The notes under the pieces were generated by a model, which had not been told where the DNA came from, ran no database searches, and saw only the letters and a program-made list of their open reading frames with translations. From NCBI GenBank assembly GCA_045546255.1, contig JAZQCK010000038.1:1613-65612 (forward strand): DNA of 64,000 bases, read 5' to 3'. The position numbers were made by a program, and so were the translations under genes. The first letter of the stretch is position 1, and each line of letters opens with the position of its first letter. This document shows positions 36,787 to 44,487 of this stretch, in pieces. Origin of the DNA: Lachnospiraceae bacterium (GTDB lineage: Bacteria > Bacillota > Clostridia > Lachnospirales > Lachnospiraceae).

Positions 36787-36812
36787 ATTGATAATATTTT
36801 CAAGATTGATAA
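36787..36812. promoter_or_regulatory. two direct ATTGATAA repeats 18 nt apart in the divergent reductase/LysR intergenic region (candidate LysR site)
   Basis: Read directly from the sequence in an AT-rich 150-nt divergent promoter region. Confidence 0.3.
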
Positions 36813-36855
36813 ATATTATTTATTAATATATGATAGGGAAGAAGGGAGATGTATT

Positions 36856-37764
36856 ATGACAAGCAGTCAGCTGAATCTTTTTTTAGTCGTTGCAAAGCAT
36901 TTGAATTTTTCCGCTGCAGCCAAGGAGCTGTACATGACACAGCCGGCCGTAAGCCACCAGATTGTTGCCCTCGAGAAGGAGCTGGGAACCAAGCTCTTTC
37001 AACGCAGCACGCGAAAGATCCAGTTAACGCACAGCGGCGAATTGTTTTTAGAGGATGCGAAGCGGATCCTGGATTTGGAAGATGCAGCGAAGGAACGGAT
37101 CCTTCTTTCCAAAAGCTCCGGCGACCTTTCGCTTTCCATCTGCTATCTTTTAGACCCCTGCCATTCCTTTCTTCCCAAACTCTGCGTCAAAATGCAGGAA
37201 CAATTCCCTCAGGTCAAAATTCAGCTTCAGCGCATGGACGCCAGGAATCTAGATACCTCGATGGATCAGAACCTTTATGATATGTATTTCTCTCTATCGC
37301 GGGATCTTGGAAACCATCCCGAATATGCAAAAAAGGATATCCTTGACGATACCCTTTGTTTGATCTGTCCGGAAAACCATCCCTGCTCCCGACTCACAAA
37401 AATCGATTATAATAAGCTCTCTTCTGAGCGCGTCTTTATGATGGATCCGGAAAACGCTTTGTTTATGCATCGTCAGATCCTTCAGCTTTGCCGCTCGATC
37501 AACTTTGTTCCACAGCGGATTTCTTACTGTTCCTCCTTAGAGGAAGTTCTGTTTCAGGTGGAATCGGGCCTTGGAGTAGCGATCCTTCCGATGCGTAGCT
37601 GCTCCCACACGGCGCATTCTATCAGTTACATTCCACTGTCCGGCAATTCTTCACAGATGAAGCTCGGTGTTGCCTGGCTTTTAAACTCAGACAACCCCGC
37701 CATCGAATGGATGCTCGAGATCCTGGAACAGTCCCAGCAGGAACACCCTGAGTGGTTTCGCTAA
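36856..37764 (+). CDS. LysR family transcriptional regulator
   Basis: HTH LNLFLVVAKHLNFSAAAKELYMTQPAVSHQI. Confidence 0.85.
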   Translation: MTSSQLNLFLVVAKHLNFSAAAKELYMTQPAVSHQIVALEKELGTKLFQRSTRKIQLTHSGELFLEDAKRILDLEDAAKERILLSKSSGDLSLSICYLLDPCHSFLPKLCVKMQEQFPQVKIQLQRMDARNLDTSMDQNLYDMYFSLSRDLGNHPEYAKKDILDDTLCLICPENHPCSRLTKIDYNKLSSERVFMMDPENALFMHRQILQLCRSINFVPQRISYCSSLEEVLFQVESGLGVAILPMRSCSHTAHSISYIPLSGNSSQMKLGVAWLLNSDNPAIEWMLEILEQSQQEHPEWFR

Positions 37765-37780
37765 GCGCCCTCTCGCCGCA

Positions 37781-38449
37781 TCAAATAATTCCAAGCGGAA
37801 TCAGGACGACCAACAGAACTGCGACCAGAACCCACTCAGTAATCAGGAATGCTTTTCTCTTCTTCGGCTTCATGTCCGGCACATAGTTTGCGGCCAGGAA
37901 GAACGGAATATAAGTTGTGATAAATACCGGCAGCACGCCCCACCATTTATAAACCCAGATGAAGGAGTGGTTGCTGGTTCCCGCAAGGAAAGATTCCACC
38001 AGCGCAAAGAGGAGTGCCATACCGATGGCGCCGGCCAGTTTGCAGCTGATTCCGCCTTTTCCATTTTTCGACAGATACCTCTTCGTTCTGTCCTTCGGCA
38101 GCATCTTGAAGGAGATGATCCCTGCAAGTGAAAACATCATGGAAAGTTCCCAGCAGACACCAATCAGCAAAATAAACGTGGTCGATGCGTTAGAAACAGA
38201 CCAGAGCGGATAACCAAAGATGTGTCCGATCACAGCGTTTGCGATTTCGTACAGCCAGTGCACTCCGTAAAGCGCAAGCCCGGCATAAACCGCCTCATAA
38301 TTTTTCTTATTGATTTCGGACCAGTAAACGTAAAATACAACAGCGAGTATAAAGATAAACGTCCAGTTAAAGTTTTCAGTGCTTCTTACAATAATGCTGT
38401 CCACAAGGCTCATCGCCTCCTGTGAACCGTCACCCCAAAATACAAACAT
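37781..38449 (-). CDS. integral membrane protein, hypothetical
   Basis: 222 aa with about 6 TM segments. Confidence 0.5.
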   Translation of the reverse strand: MFVFWGDGSQEAMSLVDSIIVRSTENFNWTFIFILAVVFYVYWSEINKKNYEAVYAGLALYGVHWLYEIANAVIGHIFGYPLWSVSNASTTFILLIGVCWELSMMFSLAGIISFKMLPKDRTKRYLSKNGKGGISCKLAGAIGMALLFALVESFLAGTSNHSFIWVYKWWGVLPVFITTYIPFFLAANYVPDMKPKKRKAFLITEWVLVAVLLVVLIPLGII

Positions 38450-38642
38450 GACTACACCTCTTCTCTTTCCTATCCTTCAGGAGACAAAAGCTTAGCCTCC
38501 CATTATCCCTAACTGTAACGATATGTGATTCGCGCCCTCCTTGTAAGTCCGTTTTACGTGGTTATTATAGCACGGGTGACTCGTTGGGAATATAGGCTGA
38601 AAAGAAGAAACTCTAAGAAATACCAGATTCATAATCCTACAC

Positions 38643-38670
38643 TTGATTAATTTATAAGTAGGAATATAAT
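38643..38670 (+). promoter_or_regulatory. promoter TTGATT-N16-TATAAT of the ZIP transporter gene
   Basis: Near-consensus hexamers about 95 nt upstream of the ATG. Confidence 0.5.
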
Positions 38671-38674
38671 AGTA

Positions 38675-38690
38675 GTTAGCACTTGCTAAC
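38675..38690. promoter_or_regulatory. perfect palindrome GTTAGCA-CT-TGCTAAC just downstream of the -10 (candidate metal-regulator operator)
   Basis: Read directly from the sequence. It sits at the position of a repressor roadblock. Confidence 0.4.
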
Positions 38691-38698
38691 TTATGATC

Positions 38699-38752
38699 AA
38701 AAACGATTAATTAGAGAAGAATACGAAAAACGATTTATTAGGGAAGGATATG
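38699..38752. repeat. 27-bp tandem duplication in the ZIP 5' UTR
   Basis: aaaaacgattaattagagaagaatacg followed by aaaaacgatttattagggaaggatatg. The second copy supplies the RBS. Confidence 0.7.
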
Positions 38753-38760
38753 AAAATAAA

Positions 38761-39540
38761 ATGAAAACGATCATACTGGGACTTCTGATTCCATTTATTG
38801 GAACAGCAGCAGGAGCAGCCTGCGTGTTCATTTTAAAGAAAGATTTGAAAGTCGGTGTGCAAAGGGCGCTCACCGGATTTGCTGCCGGCGTCATGGTCGC
38901 CGCATCTATCTGGAGCCTGATCGTTCCTGCGATTGAACAATCCGCTCCGATGGGACGTTTCGCTTTTGTCCCTGCATTTATAGGCTTTTGGCTGGGCATC
39001 GGTTTCCTTCTTTTGCTCGACCATGTGATCCCGCATCTGCATGCACGCGTTAATCAGGCGGAGGGGCCGAAAAGCCGGCTGCAGCGGACAACGATGATGG
39101 TGCTTGCCGTGACGCTGCACAACATTCCGGAAGGAATGGCCGTCGGAGTCGTCTATGCAGGATTAGTAAGCGGTTCTGCCAACATCACAGCCGGCGGCGC
39201 TTTAGCGCTCGCTCTCGGTATCGCCATCCAAAATTTCCCGGAAGGCGCAATCATTTCCATGCCGCTCTATGCCGAAGGAAAAAGCAAAGCAAAGTGCTTT
39301 GGGCTCGGAGTTCTTTCCGGCGCAGTGGAACCTGTCTTTGGCGCGCTGACAGTCGCAATCGCCGGCCTTGTCGTACCGGCGATGCCTTACCTTCTTTCCT
39401 TTGCAGCCGGAGCTATGCTCTATGTTGTAGTGGAAGAATTGATCCCTGAGATGTCCGCTGGAAAACATTCCAACATCGGCGTCATTTCATTCGCGGTCGG
39501 CTTCAGCATCATGATGGCGCTCGATGTCGCGCTGGGATGA
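38761..39540 (+). CDS. ZIP family zinc/metal transporter (ZupT-like)
   Basis: HNIPEGMAVG and QNFPEGA motifs. Start set at MKTIILG. The track ORF begins at an upstream TTG. Confidence 0.85.
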   Translation: MKTIILGLLIPFIGTAAGAACVFILKKDLKVGVQRALTGFAAGVMVAASIWSLIVPAIEQSAPMGRFAFVPAFIGFWLGIGFLLLLDHVIPHLHARVNQAEGPKSRLQRTTMMVLAVTLHNIPEGMAVGVVYAGLVSGSANITAGGALALALGIAIQNFPEGAIISMPLYAEGKSKAKCFGLGVLSGAVEPVFGALTVAIAGLVVPAMPYLLSFAAGAMLYVVVEELIPEMSAGKHSNIGVISFAVGFSIMMALDVALG

Positions 39541-39570
39541 TGATTATTGTATGATTCTTTGCTCCGAAAG

Positions 39571-40095
39571 TCACACTTCAATTTCAAACAGCTCAAAGTC
39601 CTGCCAGCCTACATCCTCATAAAACATCGATAAGGTTTCCACGTAGGAAAAGCCAAGTTCAGGATAGAGCCGCTCCGCCGGAAGGTTTCCTTTCAGTACA
39701 TCTAATCGGACAGTTTTCATTTTGCTTTCTTTGGCCATCTCCAGCACAAAGCGCACCATTTCTTTTGCTAGTCCTTTTCTAAAATGATCAGGGTGCACGC
39801 CCAGCATATGAATCACAAGGAGTTCTTCCGGAAGCGCTTTGATCTTCCAGTGTGCTTTTTCATATTCCTCATTAAACTTATGATTTACAACCATTGTTGC
39901 AGCAATTTCGCCCTGCAGCATTCCACAGAACAGACAGCCGGCTTCGATTTCGTTCTGAAGCTCTTTCGGGTCCGGATAAATATCTTTCTGCCATCCCGGA
40001 CGATACTCCGACTTCTGGATTGCATCAATCAGGGAATGATAAAAGAGTCTGACCCTCGGATAGTCCTCCGGCTTTGCTATAACAATATCCATCAT
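39571..40095 (-). CDS. GNAT family N-acetyltransferase
   Basis: HPDHFRKGLAKEM acetyl-CoA binding motif. Confidence 0.8.
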   Translation of the reverse strand: MMDIVIAKPEDYPRVRLFYHSLIDAIQKSEYRPGWQKDIYPDPKELQNEIEAGCLFCGMLQGEIAATMVVNHKFNEEYEKAHWKIKALPEELLVIHMLGVHPDHFRKGLAKEMVRFVLEMAKESKMKTVRLDVLKGNLPAERLYPELGFSYVETLSMFYEDVGWQDFELFEIEV

Positions 40096-40406
40096 TTGGC
40101 ATCTTCCTCCATCGTCTCCAACAGAAAGCTGACCGGGCGAAAGCCGTCGTTGCAGGAAAGCATGGCAGACTTTTCGTTTTTCATCCAGCCGTCATACAGC
40201 CCTTCCGCACCATGCGAGAGCGCCATTACAAACGGCGAAAGCGTATCCCACGCGCTGTCGCAGAAGCCATCCGGCTTTTCCCAACCGTTTGCGATGAAGA
40301 CCATTCCCTCTTTCATGTCGCAGGGATTTTCCTGCGGGCTTTCATACTTTTCTATCAGGTCCTGATAGCAGGCCTTTTTCATAACAGTAATGCGCACTTT
40401 TTTCAT
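40092..40406 (-). CDS. TIGR04076 family protein
   Basis: About 100 aa with the conserved Cys pattern (C..M.EG..F....P.GFC..AW). 4-nt overlap with the GNAT gene. Confidence 0.6.
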   Translation of the reverse strand: MKKVRITVMKKACYQDLIEKYESPQENPCDMKEGMVFIANGWEKPDGFCDSAWDTLSPFVMALSHGAEGLYDGWMKNEKSAMLSCNDGFRPVSFLLETMEEDAK

Positions 40407-40445
40407 ATCATTTTCCTTTTGAGCAAATCGCCGGAACGAATGGCA

Positions 40446-40964
40446 CTAACTCTGATCTAGTATCTCTGCAAACTCCTGCAAGAAAGCCTCTTCCTCCTCG
40501 TGGAAAGCTGCCTTATCCATCCCGCTGAGTTTTTCCGCACCTATCCAGCGCAGCTGCCTTTTCGCTTTTTCTGTTTTGATCGCCAGCTGAGTGTAGTTCG
40601 GACCAATCAGCAAGAGTCTCAGTACAGTGTCCATCGGGAGGACTCCGCTGCTAATAACTCCTAAGGTGTCAAACAAAATATCATTCGCGACGGGTCCCAT
40701 AACGACATCCACATTCAGCATATCCTCTAATTTTCGGTTCCGAAGAATATATCGAACCCAGTCCTCATCCTTTGAAAATGTTTGGATCGTCAATCCGTTT
40801 TCATCCAGCTCATATTGATTCAGGACGGCTTCTTCGCCTGCCCATCGCCGGGCAAAATCCGAATCCGGAGTCAGATAAAATCCCCATCCAAAATCCGCGT
40901 TTTTTCTTCCATAGTGGATGTCCGGGTTTGGTATTTCAATATTGCTGACATGATACAGCTTCAT
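40446..40964 (-). CDS. DUF3990 domain protein
   Basis: N-terminal LYHVS...GRKNADFGWGFYLT pattern, remembered for DUF3990. Confidence 0.6.
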   Translation of the reverse strand: MKLYHVSNIEIPNPDIHYGRKNADFGWGFYLTPDSDFARRWAGEEAVLNQYELDENGLTIQTFSKDEDWVRYILRNRKLEDMLNVDVVMGPVANDILFDTLGVISSGVLPMDTVLRLLLIGPNYTQLAIKTEKAKRQLRWIGAEKLSGMDKAAFHEEEEAFLQEFAEILDQS

Positions 40965-41356
40965 ATGTCTTCTCTTTCTTCATAAAAATATCTGCCGCAA
41001 TCATAACAAAAATGAATATTGTTGACAATTTTCCAAAAAACAAATTGCTTTTAACTACAATTAAGGCTCCCTTTTTATAATCCCCTCAAAAGTTGAAACA
41101 AATGAAAGGAGTTACAAAACTATGACAGGAAATACATTATGTCTTCAGAATATGAATGAATATAGAACTGGTGTCTTCACCGAAAGAAAAAGCAAAAGCA
41201 AGGCGAAGATTGCAAGCAAAAACAAGGACTCTCGCAAGCAAAGATATTTCTGCCTTCCAGGCCAAGACGAAACGACATTAACAGAACTGCTGCTGATCAC
41301 GCAGTACCGATTCTTTAGAGGTTAATATATCATTTTCATTTCTCTCCCTTTCCAAA

Positions 41357-41386
41357 ACAAAACTCTGCACTATTGCAGAGTTTTGT
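41357..41386. terminator. hairpin ACAAAACTCTGCA/TGCAGAGTTTTGT at the left border of module B
   Basis: 13-bp stem with T-rich flanks on both strands. An analogous GC-rich hairpin lies at the left border of module D. Confidence 0.5.
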
Positions 41387-41416
41387 TTGTATATTTCACT
41401 TTTTTGGTAGTATACA
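41387..41416 (+). promoter_or_regulatory. candidate promoter of module B (TTGTAT-N18-TATACA)
   Basis: Same hexamers and spacing as module A. Confidence 0.35.
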
Positions 41417-41472
41417 CAGTTCTTTTATGTATACGTTTGTCGAATATATTACCGGATGTTACCATGATTTTT

Positions 41473-41794
41473 GGTGCTACCTTAGAACGGTAGGCGGTTA
41501 GCCCTACGTTGTACGCTATTACACTAAGCCTCAACTTTGTTTCGGCAAGTGTAATATGTGTCCCTACGGAGGGACTGTGACCCTTCGATCAGATAGAGAA
41601 ATCTTGAGAAAGGAGGGCTGCGATATGACAGTGATTGATATTCTGACTATTATCACGTTTGTCGTTGATATTTTTGCTGCAGGATTCGCTGTCGGCAGAT
41701 ATATTGAAAAACACAGAAATGACCGCCACTCGATAAAGTAAGGCGGTCATTCTGATCACTTTCTAATTCGGGCTAACCGTCTATCGGTAGCACC
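41473..41794 (+). ncRNA. structured small-peptide transcript, module B
   Basis: The 5' arm GGTGCTACC..GGTTAGCCC pairs with the 3' arm GGGCTAACC..GGTAGCACC, which is followed by T6. The G-to-A change relative to module A is compensated by C-to-T. An extra hairpin is inserted at 41517-41555. Confidence 0.5.
41625..41741 (+). CDS. 38-aa peptide MTVIDILTIITFVVDIFAAGFAVGRYIEKHRNDRHSIK (toxin-like: TM helix plus charged tail)
   Basis: GGAGGG lies 7 nt upstream. The N-terminus is homologous to the module A/C peptides. The track ORF 41556-41741 is the same frame with a spurious 5' extension. Confidence 0.5.
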   Translation: MTVIDILTIITFVVDIFAAGFAVGRYIEKHRNDRHSIK

Positions 41795-41807
41795 TTTTTT
41801 ATTTTCT
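41705..41807 (-). ncRNA. predicted antisense sRNA of module B
   Basis: Promoter at 41814-41842. Hairpin at 41716-41752 followed by TGTGTTTTTC on the minus strand. It would overlap the last 37 nt or so of the peptide ORF. Confidence 0.4.
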
Positions 41808-41813
41808 AAAAGT

Positions 41814-41842
41814 ATAATAAAGTGACAGAGACAGAAAGTCAA
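41814..41842 (-). promoter_or_regulatory. sigma-A-type promoter TTGACT-N17-TATTAT directed into module B
   Basis: Identical to modules A and C. Confidence 0.6.
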
Positions 41843-41854
41843 GCTACCCACTCG

Positions 41855-42988
41855 TCAGTACCGATTATGCACTTTCTCGGCAAAGCACATCAGGTCTTTG
41901 ATCTGCACAACAGTGCCGTCGTCTAAGATGGCCTTGCCGTTCATCCTGCCAAACACCTGATGCTGGTCAGAAACCAGAACTTTAAAATCTAGCTTTGCAG
42001 CGCGGTCTAATACCGGTGTGAACTCCGTCTCGAAGCGACCGTCCGAAGAGGTGAACGTCCATGGATCCATATAGCCACTCTCCGGAATATGGAACGTGAT
42101 GTCATCGAGCTTATGCACCACGCCGTTATAAAAAAGTACATTCTCTGTCGCAGCCTTCGTGTTGCCAAAGCCGTATCCAATGTTGAAACCAAAAGCATTG
42201 CCGTTGATGTCCTGGTTGCCGGATCCCCAGTACCAGGTGTTATCATAGGTCCAAACGCCGCGTCCCCAATCCAGCGTCCCAAAGTCCGTCTGCGGATCAA
42301 ACTCATACCGCACACCGTCATACTCCATATAGCCGGACGCACGCATGCAGTTAATTTTCTGATTATAATAAAAGGCGTGCTTCTTGTCCCACGGCGTCGC
42401 GATCACCATGGAGTCCATCGTCGGCTGCTCCAAAACAATGTCGCAATCGAAGGCCTTGCCCTCATAAAAACGTTCAAAGTGGCAGGTGATGTGGCGCGTC
42501 CCCTCTTCAACAGCAAAGCACATCTGCAGCCGCTTGTCTTTATACTCGGTAACACCGGCCGAAGAATCGGATGGCAACTTCAGCTTTCCCATTGGAAAAG
42601 CATTCAGCACCGTCTCCGTATGCTCCCATGGCTTCCCGGCAGACTTTGTTTCATCAGCATTCTGCGATTGCCCGGCAGACTTTGCTTCATCAGCATTCTG
42701 CGATTGCCCAGCAGACTTTGCTTCCCCATCTGTCCCATTTGCACCATCAAAGCACAGGAGCGACACTGACTGCAGCCCGATATAGCCGTCGTCGGAAATC
42801 GTAAACGCCCCGGCGAACTTTTCATTCAGAACAAGATAGTAATCCCATTCCTTAATCCGCATCTTTGGCGCCTTGATTTGCGCCCGGTCATATTGCTGCA
42901 CCAAGGAGCGCGACCATCCGGGCTCCCGAAGCTCGCCCTCGCTATTCAGCAGCGGCTGCCTATTCACAACTTCATGATTCCTTGCCAT
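41855..42988 (-). CDS. DUF2804 domain protein with an inserted low-complexity repeat
   Basis: Start set at MARNHEVVNRQPLLN with AAAGGAG upstream. The 47-aa 5' extension in the track runs into the tandem array. Confidence 0.7.
   Translation of the reverse strand: MARNHEVVNRQPLLNSEGELREPGWSRSLVQQYDRAQIKAPKMRIKEWDYYLVLNEKFAGAFTISDDGYIGLQSVSLLCFDGANGTDGEAKSAGQSQNADEAKSAGQSQNADETKSAGKPWEHTETVLNAFPMGKLKLPSDSSAGVTEYKDKRLQMCFAVEEGTRHITCHFERFYEGKAFDCDIVLEQPTMDSMVIATPWDKKHAFYYNQKINCMRASGYMEYDGVRYEFDPQTDFGTLDWGRGVWTYDNTWYWGSGNQDINGNAFGFNIGYGFGNTKAATENVLFYNGVVHKLDDITFHIPESGYMDPWTFTSSDGRFETEFTPVLDRAAKLDFKVLVSDQHQVFGRMNGKAILDDGTVVQIKDLMCFAEKVHNRY
42638..42727. repeat. 36-bp x2.5 in-frame tandem repeat inside the DUF2804 gene
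   Basis: ggcagactttg[t/c]ttcatcagcattctgcgattgccc repeated. Encodes (KSAGQSQNADE[A/T])n. Confidence 0.8.
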
Positions 42989-43004
42989 CCGTCGCTCCTT
43001 TCTG

Positions 43005-43377
43005 CACGTTTTCATGCATTTCATACTCTCCGATGCACGTTTTTGGCGATTGTGCCTCCTCCGCTTTTTGTTTAAAGCTAGAGTCCTCAACCCCTTAGCA
43101 GTCACAACCGCGATTTTCGTGCATTTCACTTACCCAGATGCACGTTTTTGGCGGTTGTGACTCCTCCGCTTTTTGTTTAAAGCTAAAGCCCCCGAGACCC
43201 CAACAGGCACAACCGCGATTTTCGTGCATTTCACTTACCCAGATGCACGTTTTTGGCGGTTGTGACTCCTCCGCTTTTTGTTTAAAGCTGGAGCCCTCGG
43301 GACCCCAACAGGCACAACCGCGATTTTCGTGCATTTCATACTCCCAGATGCACGTTTTTGGCGGTTGTGACTCCTTC
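43005..43377. repeat. 105-bp tandem repeat, about 3.5 copies, each with a long imperfect hairpin
   Basis: ATGCACG recurs at 43033, 43138, 43243 and 43348. The unit contains CACAACCGC...CGTGCAT..ATGCACG...GCGGTTGTG. Confidence 0.85.
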
Positions 43378-43445
43378 ACGACGATACAGATATAACGCCC
43401 GAGGAGTTCCGCTCATCTCACGTTTCAAAGCAAATAAGAAACTTA

Positions 43446-44435
43446 CTATTTTCCAGCGCCCGCTTCTGCCACAACCGGCTGGTAAGCCGCCCACAGGTCC
43501 CTCTTCTCCCGCTTTTTGCGGTTGATGAGGATCAGGACCACGCAGCCGATCGCCAAAAGGATGGAGGCGCCAATGCTTCCTTCCACGCCAAAGTCAACAT
43601 TATAGAAGAACCCGTCCCGCGCGGAGGCTGCCTCCAGGCGGAAGACGGAGTATTGCGAAACGATGCCGCTATTCGGCAGCCCGAAAATAATGTTCTGGGT
43701 GAAGTTCCATGCAGCGTGGAAAAAGACCGCCATCCAAAAGGCATCATAGTAATAGATAAAAAGTGACAGAAAGATGCCGACGAGCAGGATCTGGAGAACC
43801 GAAAAAACAGTGATTCCCGGATTCATCAGATGCATAGCTGCAAAGACGATGGCATTTCCAACGATAGCAACGACGGAGTGCACGTAGCGGCGCCGTAATT
43901 TTTGATAAAGATACCAACGCATCCCCAGCTCTTCCGCGCCAGACTGGATCGACACCGCCAAAAGGAATGCGAAGAAAATCCCCGGCCGGAACTCATTAAA
44001 GGAAAGATGGATATCGCCCGAAAGACATGAGATCAAAATGCAGAGTCCGTTGAAGCCGAAGCCAAGCAGGAAGCCGATCACGGCGGTCAAAATAGTTTTG
44101 CCGCCTGTGCGTTTTCCAAGGCAGCGCATCATCGGGCGGTTCCGTCTGAAGATCAAGACGACCGCTATTAAAACGATCCAGATTCCAATGAAAACCAGAT
44201 AGTCGGACAGGAAGCTGCTGACCTTCGTCCCGAGCAGCGCGCCCGGATTCGAAAGGAGCGCACCGAATCCATTGTCAAGACGGTTCGTCACTTTCTCAAG
44301 CGGAACAAAATGTAAGATCAACATGCCAACAGCGGATCCAAGGGTGATCAACGCAAAAGAGATGATGGCTGCGAGCAGATAAAAGTCCGACCATCTGCCG
44401 CTTCGTCTAATACAGCGCCAATATAGTTTTTTCAT
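43446..44435 (-). CDS. CPBP family intramembrane glutamic endopeptidase (Abi/CAAX protease-like)
   Basis: EELGMR, FAAMH and HAAWN motifs in a polytopic protein. Confidence 0.8.
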   Translation of the reverse strand: MKKLYWRCIRRSGRWSDFYLLAAIISFALITLGSAVGMLILHFVPLEKVTNRLDNGFGALLSNPGALLGTKVSSFLSDYLVFIGIWIVLIAVVLIFRRNRPMMRCLGKRTGGKTILTAVIGFLLGFGFNGLCILISCLSGDIHLSFNEFRPGIFFAFLLAVSIQSGAEELGMRWYLYQKLRRRYVHSVVAIVGNAIVFAAMHLMNPGITVFSVLQILLVGIFLSLFIYYYDAFWMAVFFHAAWNFTQNIIFGLPNSGIVSQYSVFRLEAASARDGFFYNVDFGVEGSIGASILLAIGCVVLILINRKKREKRDLWAAYQPVVAEAGAGK

Positions 44436-44487
44436 TTAAACCTCACGCCCCTTCCAGCCCTACACTTAGACATACGCAGAAACGATT

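Noticed and set aside
41122-41325. 67-aa plus-strand ORF with a good RBS (AAAGGAG) just upstream of module B.
   Set aside because: It is not reported as a gene. The product is low-complexity and Lys/Ser-rich with no recognisable motif, and no paralogue sits upstream of the other modules. It could still be real, so treat it as unresolved.
41331-41356. Minus-strand GGGAGAGAAATGAAAATG (SD plus ATG) conserved at the left border of modules B and D (51706-51729).
   Set aside because: The ORFs are only 4-5 codons (MKMIY*, MKNL*). This is probably a fossil of a former divergent gene start carried along with the duplicated module. Evidence for a leader peptide is insufficient.
42989-43129. 47-aa N-terminal extension of the DUF2804 ORF (track start 43129).
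   Set aside because: The extension is basic low-complexity sequence encoded by the first tandem-repeat unit. A good RBS (AAAGGAG) precedes the internal ATG at 42988, where DUF2804-type sequence begins.
43095-43395. 94-aa (minus) and 85-aa (plus) ORFs with internally repeated sequence; a CRISPR array was also considered.
   Set aside because: The ORFs are artefacts of a 105-bp (35-codon) tandem repeat that is open on both strands. It is not a CRISPR because the whole 105-bp unit repeats without unique spacers and no cas genes are present.
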